From: a virus
Lineage: Duplodnaviria; Caudoviricetes
Length of the DNA stretch: 36,304 nt
IMG/VR virus record: IMGVR_UViG_3300025875_000771
Location: 1-36,304 of that record
Strand: one strand, 5' to 3'
Under the pieces are notes generated by a model. The model was given only the letters and a program-made list of their open reading frames with translations. It had not been told where the DNA came from and made no database searches. The position numbers were made by a program, and so were the translations under genes. This document shows, piece by piece, positions 26,089 to 34,121 of this stretch. Position 1 is the first letter of the stretch; each line of letters opens with the position of its first letter.

Positions 26089-26816
26089 GAAGCCACCGCC
26101 TCTTCGACTTTCTGCGCGCACAGCAGGCAGTAACCGTCAGCGGATGGTTTGTGCTGACCCGGAGAACAGGGCTGCATCTCGTCTTCGCCCTTGCGGGGAG
26201 GCAACGTCACCACGGAGAGGGCAGGCTTGCGGGTCTTCTGCCAGGCGTCGTACACGCGTCTCGCATCACCGCAGGGACCGCAGGGGCGCTCAGTACCGTG
26301 CGGATGAGCGGAGCAGAAGAGGGGGGGTTCTTTCGACGCGTTCGCGTCTCCCCCCTCAACCCAACCTCTACCCAACCCAAACACAGGCGTGAAGTCCTCA
26401 TGAGGCGCTCCTGCATTCCGCGGAGGACTTCCTGCATCCTTCATGAAGTCCTCATGAAGCGCTCTCCGGACCGCTGCAGGGGCGTCGAAACTGGGGATGA
26501 CGTCGTCTGTGGGGTGCGGCGGCTTCTGGTGTTCCTTCCAGTTCACGATCTGGAAGTACTCGTGCCCATCGACGGTGTACCGGACGATGACCCCGGCCGC
26601 GACGAGGTCCCACAGCCAACCGTTGACGGTGTCGTGGGTGATGTCAGGGTCGAGGGGGAAGCAGTCCGCCTTGACGAGGAGCGGGTTGTCGCGCCCCTTG
26701 CCGTGGTCGTCGACGTACCCCCAAAGGAGCACCCAGAAGTAGCGGAGCTCGACGGGCCAGGACGCGACCTTCTCCGACGTGCGAAGGTCGTTCTTCAACA
26801 TGCGGGTTTTCGCCAT
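26085..26816 (-). CDS. Replication initiator protein (N-terminal winged helix)
   Basis: MAKTRMLK...LWGYVDDHG.G...CFP.D...YF.IVNW.EHQK; GxGxG linker; C-terminal C..HP.G...PCGPC..AR. Confidence 0.8.
   Translation of the reverse strand: MAKTRMLKNDLRTSEKVASWPVELRYFWVLLWGYVDDHGKGRDNPLLVKADCFPLDPDITHDTVNGWLWDLVAAGVIVRYTVDGHEYFQIVNWKEHQKPPHPTDDVIPSFDAPAAVRRALHEDFMKDAGSPPRNAGAPHEDFTPVFGLGRGWVEGGDANASKEPPLFCSAHPHGTERPCGPCGDARRVYDAWQKTRKPALSVVTLPPRKGEDEMQPCSPGQHKPSADGYCLLCAQKVEEAVAS
26390..26464. repeat. Iteron-like repeats inside initiator gene (probable origin of replication)
   Basis: TGAAGTCCTCATGA(G/A)GCGCTC at 26390-26410 and 26444-26464; inverted GAGGACTTC at 26423-26431. Confidence 0.65.
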
Positions 26817-27064
26817 TAGCCGAGAACCTCCCTCGGGGAGTCCGACCTTGCGGGTAGTATGGTGCTCATCAGCCGCTCCAATCCAGCGGTTAGGCCTCGT
26901 GAGTCAGCAGTCGCGCCAACGACTGCACAAATGACTCCGGGGCCGTTTTTAGTTGACCCTCTAATGGTACCGCGGATCAGCCCTTTTCCCCTGTTTTCGG
27001 GGGCGCGAGTTACGCACAGAAACGTGCGCGACATGTGGGAAAGGGGGATCGGAATGGTGGTCAT
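26816..27064 (-). CDS. Doubtful small ORF (82 aa) overlapping a structured antisense element
   Basis: Coupled at both ends (ATGA, TAATG) but low GC and atypical codons. Confidence 0.35.
   Translation of the reverse strand: MTTIPIPLSHMSRTFLCVTRAPENRGKGLIRGTIRGSTKNGPGVICAVVGATADSRGLTAGLERLMSTILPARSDSPREVLG
26867..26950 (+). ncRNA. Putative structured antisense RNA
   Basis: TAGTAT -10 at 26855-26860; 7-bp hairpin 26871-26891; bulged 20-bp hairpin 26893-26944; then GTTTTT. Confidence 0.55.
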
Positions 27065-27378
27065 CGCACCTCCAACACGTCGTCGTATTTGATCCGGTCC
27101 ACCCACGACCAGGCCGTTTCCACCGACACCGTTTTCGCGTTCACCCGGCTGATGTAATGCCACCCGAAACGGTCACGGACCTGCGTCATACCGGCCATGT
27201 CCTCGCGGGTGTACTGCCGGCGGGGCGCGGCTTTCCGTTCGGCTGAGGCTGCCTTTGCGGCCTCCCATTCGGCGTCCTTCTGCGCCTTCACCTCGGCGGC
27301 GGCAGCATCCACAGTGGCGTTGATCGCGGCGGCACCGTGACGGGCTTGTGAGCGGCGTTGAGACAGGTTCGCGGTCAC
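27061..27378 (-). CDS. Hypothetical protein (C-terminus resembles the W..I.RVN.KTVSV motif of DUF3560-type proteins)
   Basis: GTGA overlap start, AAGGAGG RBS. Confidence 0.65.
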   Translation of the reverse strand: MTANLSQRRSQARHGAAAINATVDAAAAEVKAQKDAEWEAAKAASAERKAAPRRQYTREDMAGMTQVRDRFGWHYISRVNAKTVSVETAWSWVDRIKYDDVLEVR

Positions 27379-27542
27379 TTCCGCGCCTCCTTGTGCTCCG
27401 CTAAATGCCCCTTCTTGAACGCGTTCACGTATCCGCGTGAGGATTCGTCCCGGCCCTGGGACTGGACCTCCGCGCCGCAGTTCGCGAACGGGCAGCGCCA
27501 CGTGAGAACGGGGATGGGGGTGGCGGTACGGATGCCGGTCAT
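27375..27542 (-). CDS. Small C2H2-like Zn-finger protein (55 aa, not in ORF track)
   Basis: Hand translation MTGIRTATPIPVLTWRCPFANCG...HLAEHKEARK; overlaps both neighbours by 4 nt. Confidence 0.65.
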   Translation of the reverse strand: MTGIRTATPIPVLTWRCPFANCGAEVQSQGRDESSRGYVNAFKKGHLAEHKEARK

Positions 27543-28501
27543 GATGCGACCTCGATTCCAAGGGTCGGTTCCGCGAAACGCGTCCGCAGAGATAGGTCGA
27601 TGTACTCCTTGTTGAGTTCGATGCCGACGTACTTGCGGCCCTCGTAGGTGGCGACCATTCCGGTGGTCCCGGAGCCGCTGAATGGGTCGAGGACCGTGTC
27701 ACCAGGGCGTGATCCGGCGAGGATGCAGGGGCGGATCAGCTCCGGCGGGTAGACCGCGAAATGCGCGCCGGGGAAGGGGGTCGTCGCGATGTCCCAGACG
27801 GTCCGCTTGTTGCGTCCCGTCCCGTTCCTGCCCCCTACTGTGCGCAGTCCGCCGTGCGATCCGGACACTCCTCCCGATGGCTCTAGGGACGCTTGTCCCG
27901 TAAGGATCGTCCGGCTGTGGTCCTGTCCGCTGTCGGGCTCCCGGATGGCGTCGCTGTCGTAGTAATACCGCGGCGACTTCGCGAGCAGGAACACGTACTC
28001 ATGCGCCTTCGTAGGCCGATCCGTGACGCTCTCGGGCATCGAGTTCGGCTTCGACCAGATGATGTCGCTGCGAAGAATCCAGCCATCAGCCTGTAGCGCC
28101 AGCGCCACTCGCCATGGGATACCGATCAGGTTCTTCGGGGATAGGTCACCGCCTCTGGAGGACCGGGCGGAGCGCGCACCGGACACGGAGCGGTCCGCGA
28201 ACTGCCCGGTCGCCCCCTGCGGGCCTCCCGTGTTCCCGGCGTAGGAGTCTCCGAGGTTCAGCCACAGCGTCCCGTCGTTGGCGAGTACCCGGCGTAGCTC
28301 CCGAAAGAGGGCAACGAGGTTATCGACGTACTCCTGGACGGACGGTTCGGCACCGATCTGCCCCTCATCGCCGTAGTCCCGCAGTCCGAAGTAAGGGGGG
28401 CTCGTGACGATGGTCTGCACCGACCCGGCGTCGAAAGTCCGTGCGACTGTGAAAGCGTCCCCGTGATGCAGGGTGACCATGTCGTCCTCGTAGTAACTCA
28501 T
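27539..28501 (-). CDS. Site-specific DNA methyltransferase, N4/N6 family, beta class
   Basis: TSPPY (motif IV) N-terminal, HFAVYP and LDPFSGSGTT (motif I) C-terminal. Confidence 0.93.
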   Translation of the reverse strand: MSYYEDDMVTLHHGDAFTVARTFDAGSVQTIVTSPPYFGLRDYGDEGQIGAEPSVQEYVDNLVALFRELRRVLANDGTLWLNLGDSYAGNTGGPQGATGQFADRSVSGARSARSSRGGDLSPKNLIGIPWRVALALQADGWILRSDIIWSKPNSMPESVTDRPTKAHEYVFLLAKSPRYYYDSDAIREPDSGQDHSRTILTGQASLEPSGGVSGSHGGLRTVGGRNGTGRNKRTVWDIATTPFPGAHFAVYPPELIRPCILAGSRPGDTVLDPFSGSGTTGMVATYEGRKYVGIELNKEYIDLSLRTRFAEPTLGIEVAS

Positions 28502-28686
28502 GACTGCACCCCCGGGAAGAGATCGTCGACGCGGCCGCCCATGTCATACGCGATGCGAGTCGCGAGGCTTTCCAACACCTCGGCGGTGATCGGCGCACCC
28601 CAACTCATGAGGAACGCGGCGCGCTTGGCGAGTGCCGCCGCCCCACTTGCGGCACCGTCTCTGTAGTCCTGCGATGCGATGCTCAT
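28498..28686 (-). CDS. Hypothetical protein (62 aa)
   Basis: ATGA overlaps at both ends; GGAGG RBS. Confidence 0.65.
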   Translation of the reverse strand: MSIASQDYRDGAASGAAALAKRAAFLMSWGAPITAEVLESLATRIAYDMGGRVDDLFPGVQS

Positions 28687-29258
28687 GCCGTCACCTCCGT
28701 CTCGGGCAGGGACTCGTCCAGTGCTTTCAGGTCGGCGGCGGTGTGCTCATCCATGCCGAGGCCTGCCGCGATTTTGTAGAAGTGCCGTAGTTCGCCCTTC
28801 GACTTCGCGTTCCTTGCACGGGTGATCGCAGCCTCGAGGGTGAGCTGCGGTGCCGGCTGGGGTTGTGGTGCGTCGGGGAGGGGCTGCACGACGTACGGTG
28901 CACGCCGGCCCCGGGTCACGGTGAGCGCGATAGTGAGCGGCTTGTCGATGTGGCTCATGGCGGCGATCTCGACTCCGCCAACGGGCTTGCCGCCGAATAC
29001 AACAGCCGGGTTGCCGCGCAAGGTCAAACGCCGACCGACGTAGACCGCCGAGTCCACGCCCCACGCGGACACGAGCACCCTCCTCATGCTCTTATTCGGC
29101 TTGTAGGGGCGTCCGGGGTACTCGACCAGCTCGAGATTCACGGGCTGTTCGGGCGTGCCCTTGGTGACCGCACTAATGGTCACCGTTCGGCTGCCGGCAA
29201 GGTAATCGTCATAGTTCTGCTGGTCACTGCGGGGTGCGATCGTCTCTGACAGATCCAC
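28683..29258 (-). CDS. Conserved phage protein, exonuclease partner (candidate ssDNA-binding/annealing protein)
   Basis: VDLSETIAPRSDQQNYDD...PYKPNKSMRRVL..AWG; position next to YqaJ-like exonuclease. Confidence 0.7.
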   Translation of the reverse strand: MDLSETIAPRSDQQNYDDYLAGSRTVTISAVTKGTPEQPVNLELVEYPGRPYKPNKSMRRVLVSAWGVDSAVYVGRRLTLRGNPAVVFGGKPVGGVEIAAMSHIDKPLTIALTVTRGRRAPYVVQPLPDAPQPQPAPQLTLEAAITRARNAKSKGELRHFYKIAAGLGMDEHTAADLKALDESLPETEVTA

Positions 29259-29260
29259 GG

Positions 29261-29812
29261 TTATGCCACCTCTCTGATGCCTCTTGCCTGGGCGCGTCGG
29301 CGGCGCATGTACTCGCGCCCCTTGGCGCGACGCTCCTCGCGATGGGATTCGCGATACGCGCGACGGCACTCGTTACAGGCGCGGTTGCCCTGCGGGTACT
29401 GGTAGGTGTTCTCCGGCGTGTACTCGTGGCCGTAAGGGCAGTGAGTGCGGCGTGTCATGGTGTGGGTGCCGTTGCGCACGGAGTCGAGAACGTTCTCCGA
29501 ACGCGTCGCCCAGCGGAGGTTGCTCAGCCGGTTATTCGTCGGGTCGTCGTCCCAATGGCAAGCGAACAAGCCGGCCGGTCTCGGCCCCACGAACACGGTG
29601 AGCACCAGGACGTGGATCCCGAAGCGCTGGTGCTTGCCATCACGGCATAGCCGCACGTACCTGTGGTTCGACTTCGCGATGTGTGAGGCGAGGATCTTTC
29701 CTGCTCGCCGCCGGCCGTATTGGCAGACCCGAGGGAGCCCGCGGACTCGCCCATGATCGGACACCTCGTAGCTGCCCTCGTATCCGGGAATCGCACGCCA
29801 CCGCTCGCTCAC
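29261..29812 (-). CDS. NUMOD4-HNH homing endonuclease
   Basis: ERWRAIPGYEGSYEVSDHGRVR (NUMOD4), IHVLVL..FVG, CHWDDDPTNNRLSNLRW, THCPYGHEY. Confidence 0.92.
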   Translation of the reverse strand: MSERWRAIPGYEGSYEVSDHGRVRGLPRVCQYGRRRAGKILASHIAKSNHRYVRLCRDGKHQRFGIHVLVLTVFVGPRPAGLFACHWDDDPTNNRLSNLRWATRSENVLDSVRNGTHTMTRRTHCPYGHEYTPENTYQYPQGNRACNECRRAYRESHREERRAKGREYMRRRRAQARGIREVA

Positions 29813-30483
29813 AGGATCATCTCCATCTCGACGACCCGCTCTGTGGCGGGCAGATCGACGGTCGCTGTCTCGTACGCGGCAACCATGTCCGCGGCGTTCT
29901 TCTCGAACTGCTCGACTGCGGCGACGATCGTGTCGAACCACCGCTCGTCCGGGAGGACGCGCTTCCGGTAGAGGTGCATGCCCCCACAGAAAGACACGTA
30001 GTCCGCCCATTCCCGGCCGGAGACGAGGAGGCCACACTGGATCTGCGCCATGTTCTCGGCGGGCACCTCGTCCGCGATGAACGTCTGCAACTGCTGCTTC
30101 TGCCGGCGCGTTTTTACTTCGATGAAACCGTCGTCACCGATCAGGCCGTCGGGTGAGAACCCGATGCGGAATCCCCAGTCGTCGCGGACCATGAACCCGG
30201 TGGTGGCGACCGGTGCGAAGTGCTTGCGGTACACCTCAACGGCGAGTGGTTCGCATTCGACGCCGTTCCACATGTCGTCGGACACGTAGGTGGGGTCGGT
30301 GTAGCCGGTGATCCGCTCGGCTGCGAGTTGGGCGGTGAGGCCGCGCGAGGTTTCGTTGTTCGCGGGTTTCATCGTCTTCTCGGTGATGAGCTTGCCGACG
30401 ACGCTGGCGGTGACGATCCCGCGGCGTTGTGCGTGCCATTCCTCGGAGCGCTGCTCGAGGTCGTTGTACTCGGTGAGGCTCAT
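29809..30483 (-). CDS. YqaJ/lambda-exonuclease family protein
   Basis: EQRSEEW...RRGIVTAS, G...EP.A, GFSPDGL, IEVK, QIQ.GL.VSGREW.DYVSF. Confidence 0.92.
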   Translation of the reverse strand: MSLTEYNDLEQRSEEWHAQRRGIVTASVVGKLITEKTMKPANNETSRGLTAQLAAERITGYTDPTYVSDDMWNGVECEPLAVEVYRKHFAPVATTGFMVRDDWGFRIGFSPDGLIGDDGFIEVKTRRQKQQLQTFIADEVPAENMAQIQCGLLVSGREWADYVSFCGGMHLYRKRVLPDERWFDTIVAAVEQFEKNAADMVAAYETATVDLPATERVVEMEMIL

Positions 30484-30860
30484 GCCGCATCTCCTGTTTC
30501 GTTCACGTGAAGCTCCATGTACTGCGCGGTGGTCTTGAGGCCGGGCCCGATGTAGACGATGCGAGGCATCTTCTTGACCATCAGGTCGGGGGTGTCATCA
30601 GGGACGACGCCGGCGTCGACGAGGCCGTCGCACATGGCTTTGAGGGTGGGGACGACGTTGTCGGCATCGCGGCGGTGTTTGGTGGTGACGTACCAGACGA
30701 GTTCCACTTCGCAGCGGGGCATCGGTTGGAGGTTCCACTTCGCCTTGTAGGCGGTCATCTGCCTGATCTCACGGGTGAGGTCCTTCTTGGGTGCCCAGTG
30801 CAGCCGCTGGTTGGAGGTGAGCGGTGGCGACTTGAACTCGGGGAAACGGAGGACGGTCAC
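30480..30860 (-). CDS. rusA: RusA-like Holliday junction resolvase
   Basis: RRDADN...K...DGL..AG...DD catalytic motif; GTGA overlap start. Confidence 0.85.
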   Translation of the reverse strand: MTVLRFPEFKSPPLTSNQRLHWAPKKDLTREIRQMTAYKAKWNLQPMPRCEVELVWYVTTKHRRDADNVVPTLKAMCDGLVDAGVVPDDTPDLMVKKMPRIVYIGPGLKTTAQYMELHVNETGDAA

Positions 30861-31045
30861 GGCTGAGAACCTCCGGGTTCCTGCTCGGGCTCGGCGAATG
30901 CCGACGTGATGCAGTACCGGTACTTCTCGTTCGTGCGGTAGTTCCCGTATGGCGACGGCCAGTGCCTCCACTCGGGGCCCAGCGCGAAGTTGATCTCCTC
31001 GACGCGCTCACCGCAGTGCTTGCACCGCTTGAATCGCTCAAGCAT
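30857..31045 (-). CDS. Small Zn-binding hypothetical protein
   Basis: CKHCG...WRH...C...AEP. Confidence 0.65.
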   Translation of the reverse strand: MLERFKRCKHCGERVEEINFALGPEWRHWPSPYGNYRTNEKYRYCITSAFAEPEQEPGGSQP

Positions 31046-31262
31046 GCGAACCTCCGGGTTCTGTGGCGACCTCGCGGGCGGGGTTGATGATGAAGGGTCG
31101 ACGGGACTCGTCACGCGTCACCCCGGGCTCCCGGTAACGCGCGATCGCCATGTCGTAGGCCTCGTCGGCGGTCTCGCCGTACTGCGCGAAGACCTTGTGC
31201 GGCCCGTACTTCCCTGAGGGGTCGTTGAGCCAGAGCCCCCACATCGGCGGTATGTGCTTCAT
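31038..31262 (-). CDS. Hypothetical protein
   Basis: Start MKHIPPMW, GGAGG RBS, ATGA overlap. Confidence 0.6.
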   Translation of the reverse strand: MKHIPPMWGLWLNDPSGKYGPHKVFAQYGETADEAYDMAIARYREPGVTRDESRRPFIINPAREVATEPGGSHA

Positions 31263-31492
31263 GCCCAACCTCCGTCCCAGTCGCCTGGTATCGACGCTTC
31301 GGGATCCACCCATGTGTCGTGCGCCGTGTCGGGGTCGATGTCGTCGTACCCGGGTGTGCGCGGGTCGTCGGGCCCGTGTGCGTCCATTTCGTCCTGGCTG
31401 TGGGGCCGGTACCCGCACGTGCACTGGATCCACGACGAGAACGCGAACTGGGCCTCGAACCATGCGTGGGCGATGTCCGTCCGCCCGTTCAC
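31259..31492 (-). CDS. Acidic hypothetical protein with H...CxCG...H motif
   Basis: GTGA overlap start. Confidence 0.55.
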   Translation of the reverse strand: MNGRTDIAHAWFEAQFAFSSWIQCTCGYRPHSQDEMDAHGPDDPRTPGYDDIDPDTAHDTWVDPEASIPGDWDGGWA

Positions 31493-31803
31493 TTGTCGCC
31501 CCACAGCAGCCGCCCGATGTGTTCGATGGCCCCGGATCCGAGCGCTTCGTTGACCCACTGTTGGCGCAGGTCCGCGTTGATGGTGGTTTCAGCAACAAGG
31601 GCTGCGGTTCTCGCGTCGACGGTCACCCGTGTGCTGGGGACCGTGTTGACGACTGTTTCGCCGGTGTCGGTGCGGAGTGCGATGGCGGCACTGTTCGGTC
31701 CGCACATCGCCCACAGGAGGACACCTTCTGGTGCACCGTCGAGTTCGGGGAGGCGGATGATGCCACCACGGCAGGCGTGGGTCAGGTTCGCGGCGGTGAT
31801 CAT
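31489..31803 (-). CDS. Hypothetical protein
   Basis: Start MITAANL, GGAGGT RBS, ATGA overlap. Confidence 0.65.
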   Translation of the reverse strand: MITAANLTHACRGGIIRLPELDGAPEGVLLWAMCGPNSAAIALRTDTGETVVNTVPSTRVTVDARTAALVAETTINADLRQQWVNEALGSGAIEHIGRLLWGDK

Positions 31804-32045
31804 CGCTGCACCTCCACCCGCAACGCTGCGAGAGCAGCACGGGCCTGGACGCGGGCCTGCTTCTGGTGCCCGACGTAGTTCGTGCTCTCGAACGCTTCCG
31901 CATCGATCGCTCGTGCCATCGCCTCGATGCGCTCGGGGGTCTCCTCGACCGCCCACTCAGCACCGGCGACGAACGCTTGCCGACGTGCGATCGGCACATC
32001 GCTGAGGATCGGGTAGAGCCGCTCGGCCTCGTCGTGGGCGCTCAT
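31800..32045 (-). CDS. Hypothetical protein
   Basis: Start MSAHDEAERLYP, ATGA overlap. Confidence 0.65.
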   Translation of the reverse strand: MSAHDEAERLYPILSDVPIARRQAFVAGAEWAVEETPERIEAMARAIDAEAFESTNYVGHQKQARVQARAALAALRVEVQR

Positions 32046-32587
32046 GAGAATGCCACCGTCATGTGCTCGGAGCAGGTGTCGAGTTCTTCGCCGTCGGTGG
32101 TGTCGGTCACCCGGTAAACCGCGGGCGCACCACACAGCCAGCACCCGAGCCGCGACACGTCTCGGTTGCCGTTGAGCTTCGGCGTCTCGGCGGGAGCATC
32201 CACGGACAGGACCGCGGCCTCGGCACGGATCTCGTCGGCCGACTTGATCGACCCGTCCGGCTTGTAGAGGGAGATGTATCCGGGGCGGGGCTGGTCCGCA
32301 GACAGGGCGGCGAGCGTGCGCTCTTCGACCGCAGCCAGGACGCTCTCGTAGGACCAGTCGTCGTCACCGAACAACGCGGAGTCGATGATCGCAGAGAGCG
32401 AGGTGGCGAGCACGTCCGCGACGTGGCGGGCGAACTCGTCACGCGGCACCCAACCAGCGGCGATGGTCTCGGCAAGATCGCGCGGAAAGTTGCAAGAACC
32501 GAAGCCCTCGCGGTCCGCGCTCATCTCGGCATTGATCGTCCGAATCAGCGCCTCACGGGCCTCGGGGGAAGGGGTGAACTCATCCAC
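32042..32587 (-). CDS. Hypothetical protein with C-terminal CxxC...C..H
   Basis: GTG start VDEFTPSPEA after GGTGG. Confidence 0.6.
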   Translation of the reverse strand: MDEFTPSPEAREALIRTINAEMSADREGFGSCNFPRDLAETIAAGWVPRDEFARHVADVLATSLSAIIDSALFGDDDWSYESVLAAVEERTLAALSADQPRPGYISLYKPDGSIKSADEIRAEAAVLSVDAPAETPKLNGNRDVSRLGCWLCGAPAVYRVTDTTDGEELDTCSEHMTVAFS

Positions 32588-32588
32588 G

Positions 32589-32960
32589 TCACCACCACCC
32601 GTTCGTGCGTCCGTACAGCCCGACCCCGTACCCGATCGCCAGCACAGCGACCAGGCCGACGGCAACGCACACGATCCCGGCGAGGGACCAGAGGATGCCG
32701 CGGAACGGTGCCAACGACTCCCGGTACTCACGCTCAACACGGGTCTCCGGCATCGGTGCTGCGGACGGCACCCACTGCGTCACCCGTTGCTGATGTGTGG
32801 TGCGACGGATGCTGACTGGGGAACGGAACCCGAGACGGTGCCCACCAAGGTCCGACACGTCACCAGGGCGACGGGTGGTTGATGCGGGGACGGGCTGCAA
32901 CAGGTTCTTCACCACGTCGAACTCGGCGAGGGTCAACTTCTCCTCGGGCTTCGCGTTCAC
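32589..32960 (-). CDS. Membrane protein (C-terminal TM)
   Basis: GTGA overlap start, GAGGAGG RBS. Confidence 0.6.
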   Translation of the reverse strand: MNAKPEEKLTLAEFDVVKNLLQPVPASTTRRPGDVSDLGGHRLGFRSPVSIRRTTHQQRVTQWVPSAAPMPETRVEREYRESLAPFRGILWSLAGIVCVAVGLVAVLAIGYGVGLYGRTNGWW

Positions 32961-33109
32961 GATTCCTCCTCGAATCCGGTTCCGCCGCACACGTCGCAGC
33001 GATCCGGGTTGATACCGTCCGTCGTGTACTCCGACGTCTGACGGCCCTTACAGATGGGGCACAGGGGGGCAGACTCGCGGTGACCGCGGGTCAGGAGTTC
33101 GATGGTCAT
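32957..33109 (-). CDS. Small Zn-finger protein (CPICKG...CDVCGGTG)
   Basis: DnaJ-like CxxCxG repeats, 50 aa. Confidence 0.6.
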   Translation of the reverse strand: MTIELLTRGHRESAPLCPICKGRQTSEYTTDGINPDRCDVCGGTGFEEES

Positions 33110-33285
33110 TTGAAGACCACCAGCCAGAGCGCCATCGCGGCGAGGGCAACGAACATCCCGATCCCCATCCCGCCGACGGCGGTGAGGACCGGGCCGAACG
33201 CGTACGCCGTCGTGAGCAGACCCCACACATAGGCGGCACCGAAGAGGACTCCGACCGCCCCGAGAACGTAGAGAACGCGGCTCAC
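33106..33285 (-). CDS. Small 2-TM membrane protein
   Basis: Almost fully hydrophobic; overlaps both neighbours by 4 nt. Confidence 0.6.
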   Translation of the reverse strand: MSRVLYVLGAVGVLFGAAYVWGLLTTAYAFGPVLTAVGGMGIGMFVALAAMALWLVVFK

Positions 33286-33602
33286 GACGCGACCGCCCAT
33301 TCCTGCGCTGCACGCCCGTACCGGGTCGCAACCTTCCGACCGGTCGGCTGCACCACACCCGCCGACTCCAACGCCTTACGGGCCGTACGGAGCCGCTGCG
33401 GGGTGAACCTGCGCGCGGTGCCAAGCAACTCGTGTCGCATCAGCAGTTCGTCATCCGACATGGGGCCGAACTCGGTGAGGATCCTGAGCACCTCAGCTCT
33501 CGAACCGCGGAGGTCCGTGGATGCTGCTGCGTCGTGGGACGTGTCCGGATCCGTGGACCGGGCCAGGTCGTGGACGCCGTGGCCCTCCGCCACCGGGTTC
33601 AC
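33282..33602 (-). CDS. Winged-helix DNA-binding protein
   Basis: ARSTDPDTSHDAA...GPMSDDEL...RLRTARKALE..G.V..TG...W. Confidence 0.7.
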   Translation of the reverse strand: MNPVAEGHGVHDLARSTDPDTSHDAAASTDLRGSRAEVLRILTEFGPMSDDELLMRHELLGTARRFTPQRLRTARKALESAGVVQPTGRKVATRYGRAAQEWAVAS

Positions 33603-33892
33603 TCGGACACCTCGCCGATGTAGCGGGCGTAGAGGCGGCAACGACCCGGGTTCCCGTTCTTCACCGTCCGGGCCTCGAACGCGCCGACCGGCCTGAAGTC
33701 GGCCAGTGCGCCGTTCTTGATGTTGCTGTAGGTCCCGACCGATGCGTTCTCTGCGATCAGCGCCCACTCGCCGGGGTGACTTCGCAGAGAATCGGCGGTC
33801 TCTTTCCAGCCGCCCCGCGATTTCGAGTTGCCGTGTGCTGGCGGATCCTCCCAGCGAAGAACGCCTGCGGTATCCTGTGTGTTGGTTGCCAT
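33599..33892 (-). CDS. Hypothetical protein
   Basis: WEDPP...LRSHPGEWA...FEART...LYARYIG; GAAGGG upstream. Confidence 0.7.
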   Translation of the reverse strand: MATNTQDTAGVLRWEDPPAHGNSKSRGGWKETADSLRSHPGEWALIAENASVGTYSNIKNGALADFRPVGAFEARTVKNGNPGRCRLYARYIGEVSE

Positions 33893-33953
33893 GTCAGGTG
33901 GCATCCCTTCTCTTGTTGTGGCCGGCCCTCGTTCCCGCGGGGGCCGTGTCCGT

Positions 33954-34121
33954 TTACTGGTGGGTCTTACGAGTCCGACGCGGCGTGCACACCCACCACA
34001 GGGCGAGGACACCGACACCGAAGAACAGGGGGACCGACACCTGGCCGGGGGTGTAGTCGGCGTTCCAGAAGATCGCGAGGGTGGTCGTGAGGATCGCGGC
34101 GATGAGGAGGAGACGGCGCAT
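33954..34121 (-). CDS. Small 2-TM membrane protein
   Basis: MRRLLLIAAIL...; TGATG overlap with upstream gene. Confidence 0.55.
   Translation of the reverse strand: MRRLLLIAAILTTTLAIFWNADYTPGQVSVPLFFGVGVLALWWVCTPRRTRKTHQ

Noticed and set aside
26859-27092. + strand 77-aa ORF starting within TAGTATG
   Set aside because: Its ATG lies inside the putative -10 element and it crosses a terminator-like hairpin; an RNA explanation fits better
30867-30880. GAAC-N6-GTTC as an SOS box
   Set aside because: The spacer is 6 rather than 4 and the flanking TC/GA are absent
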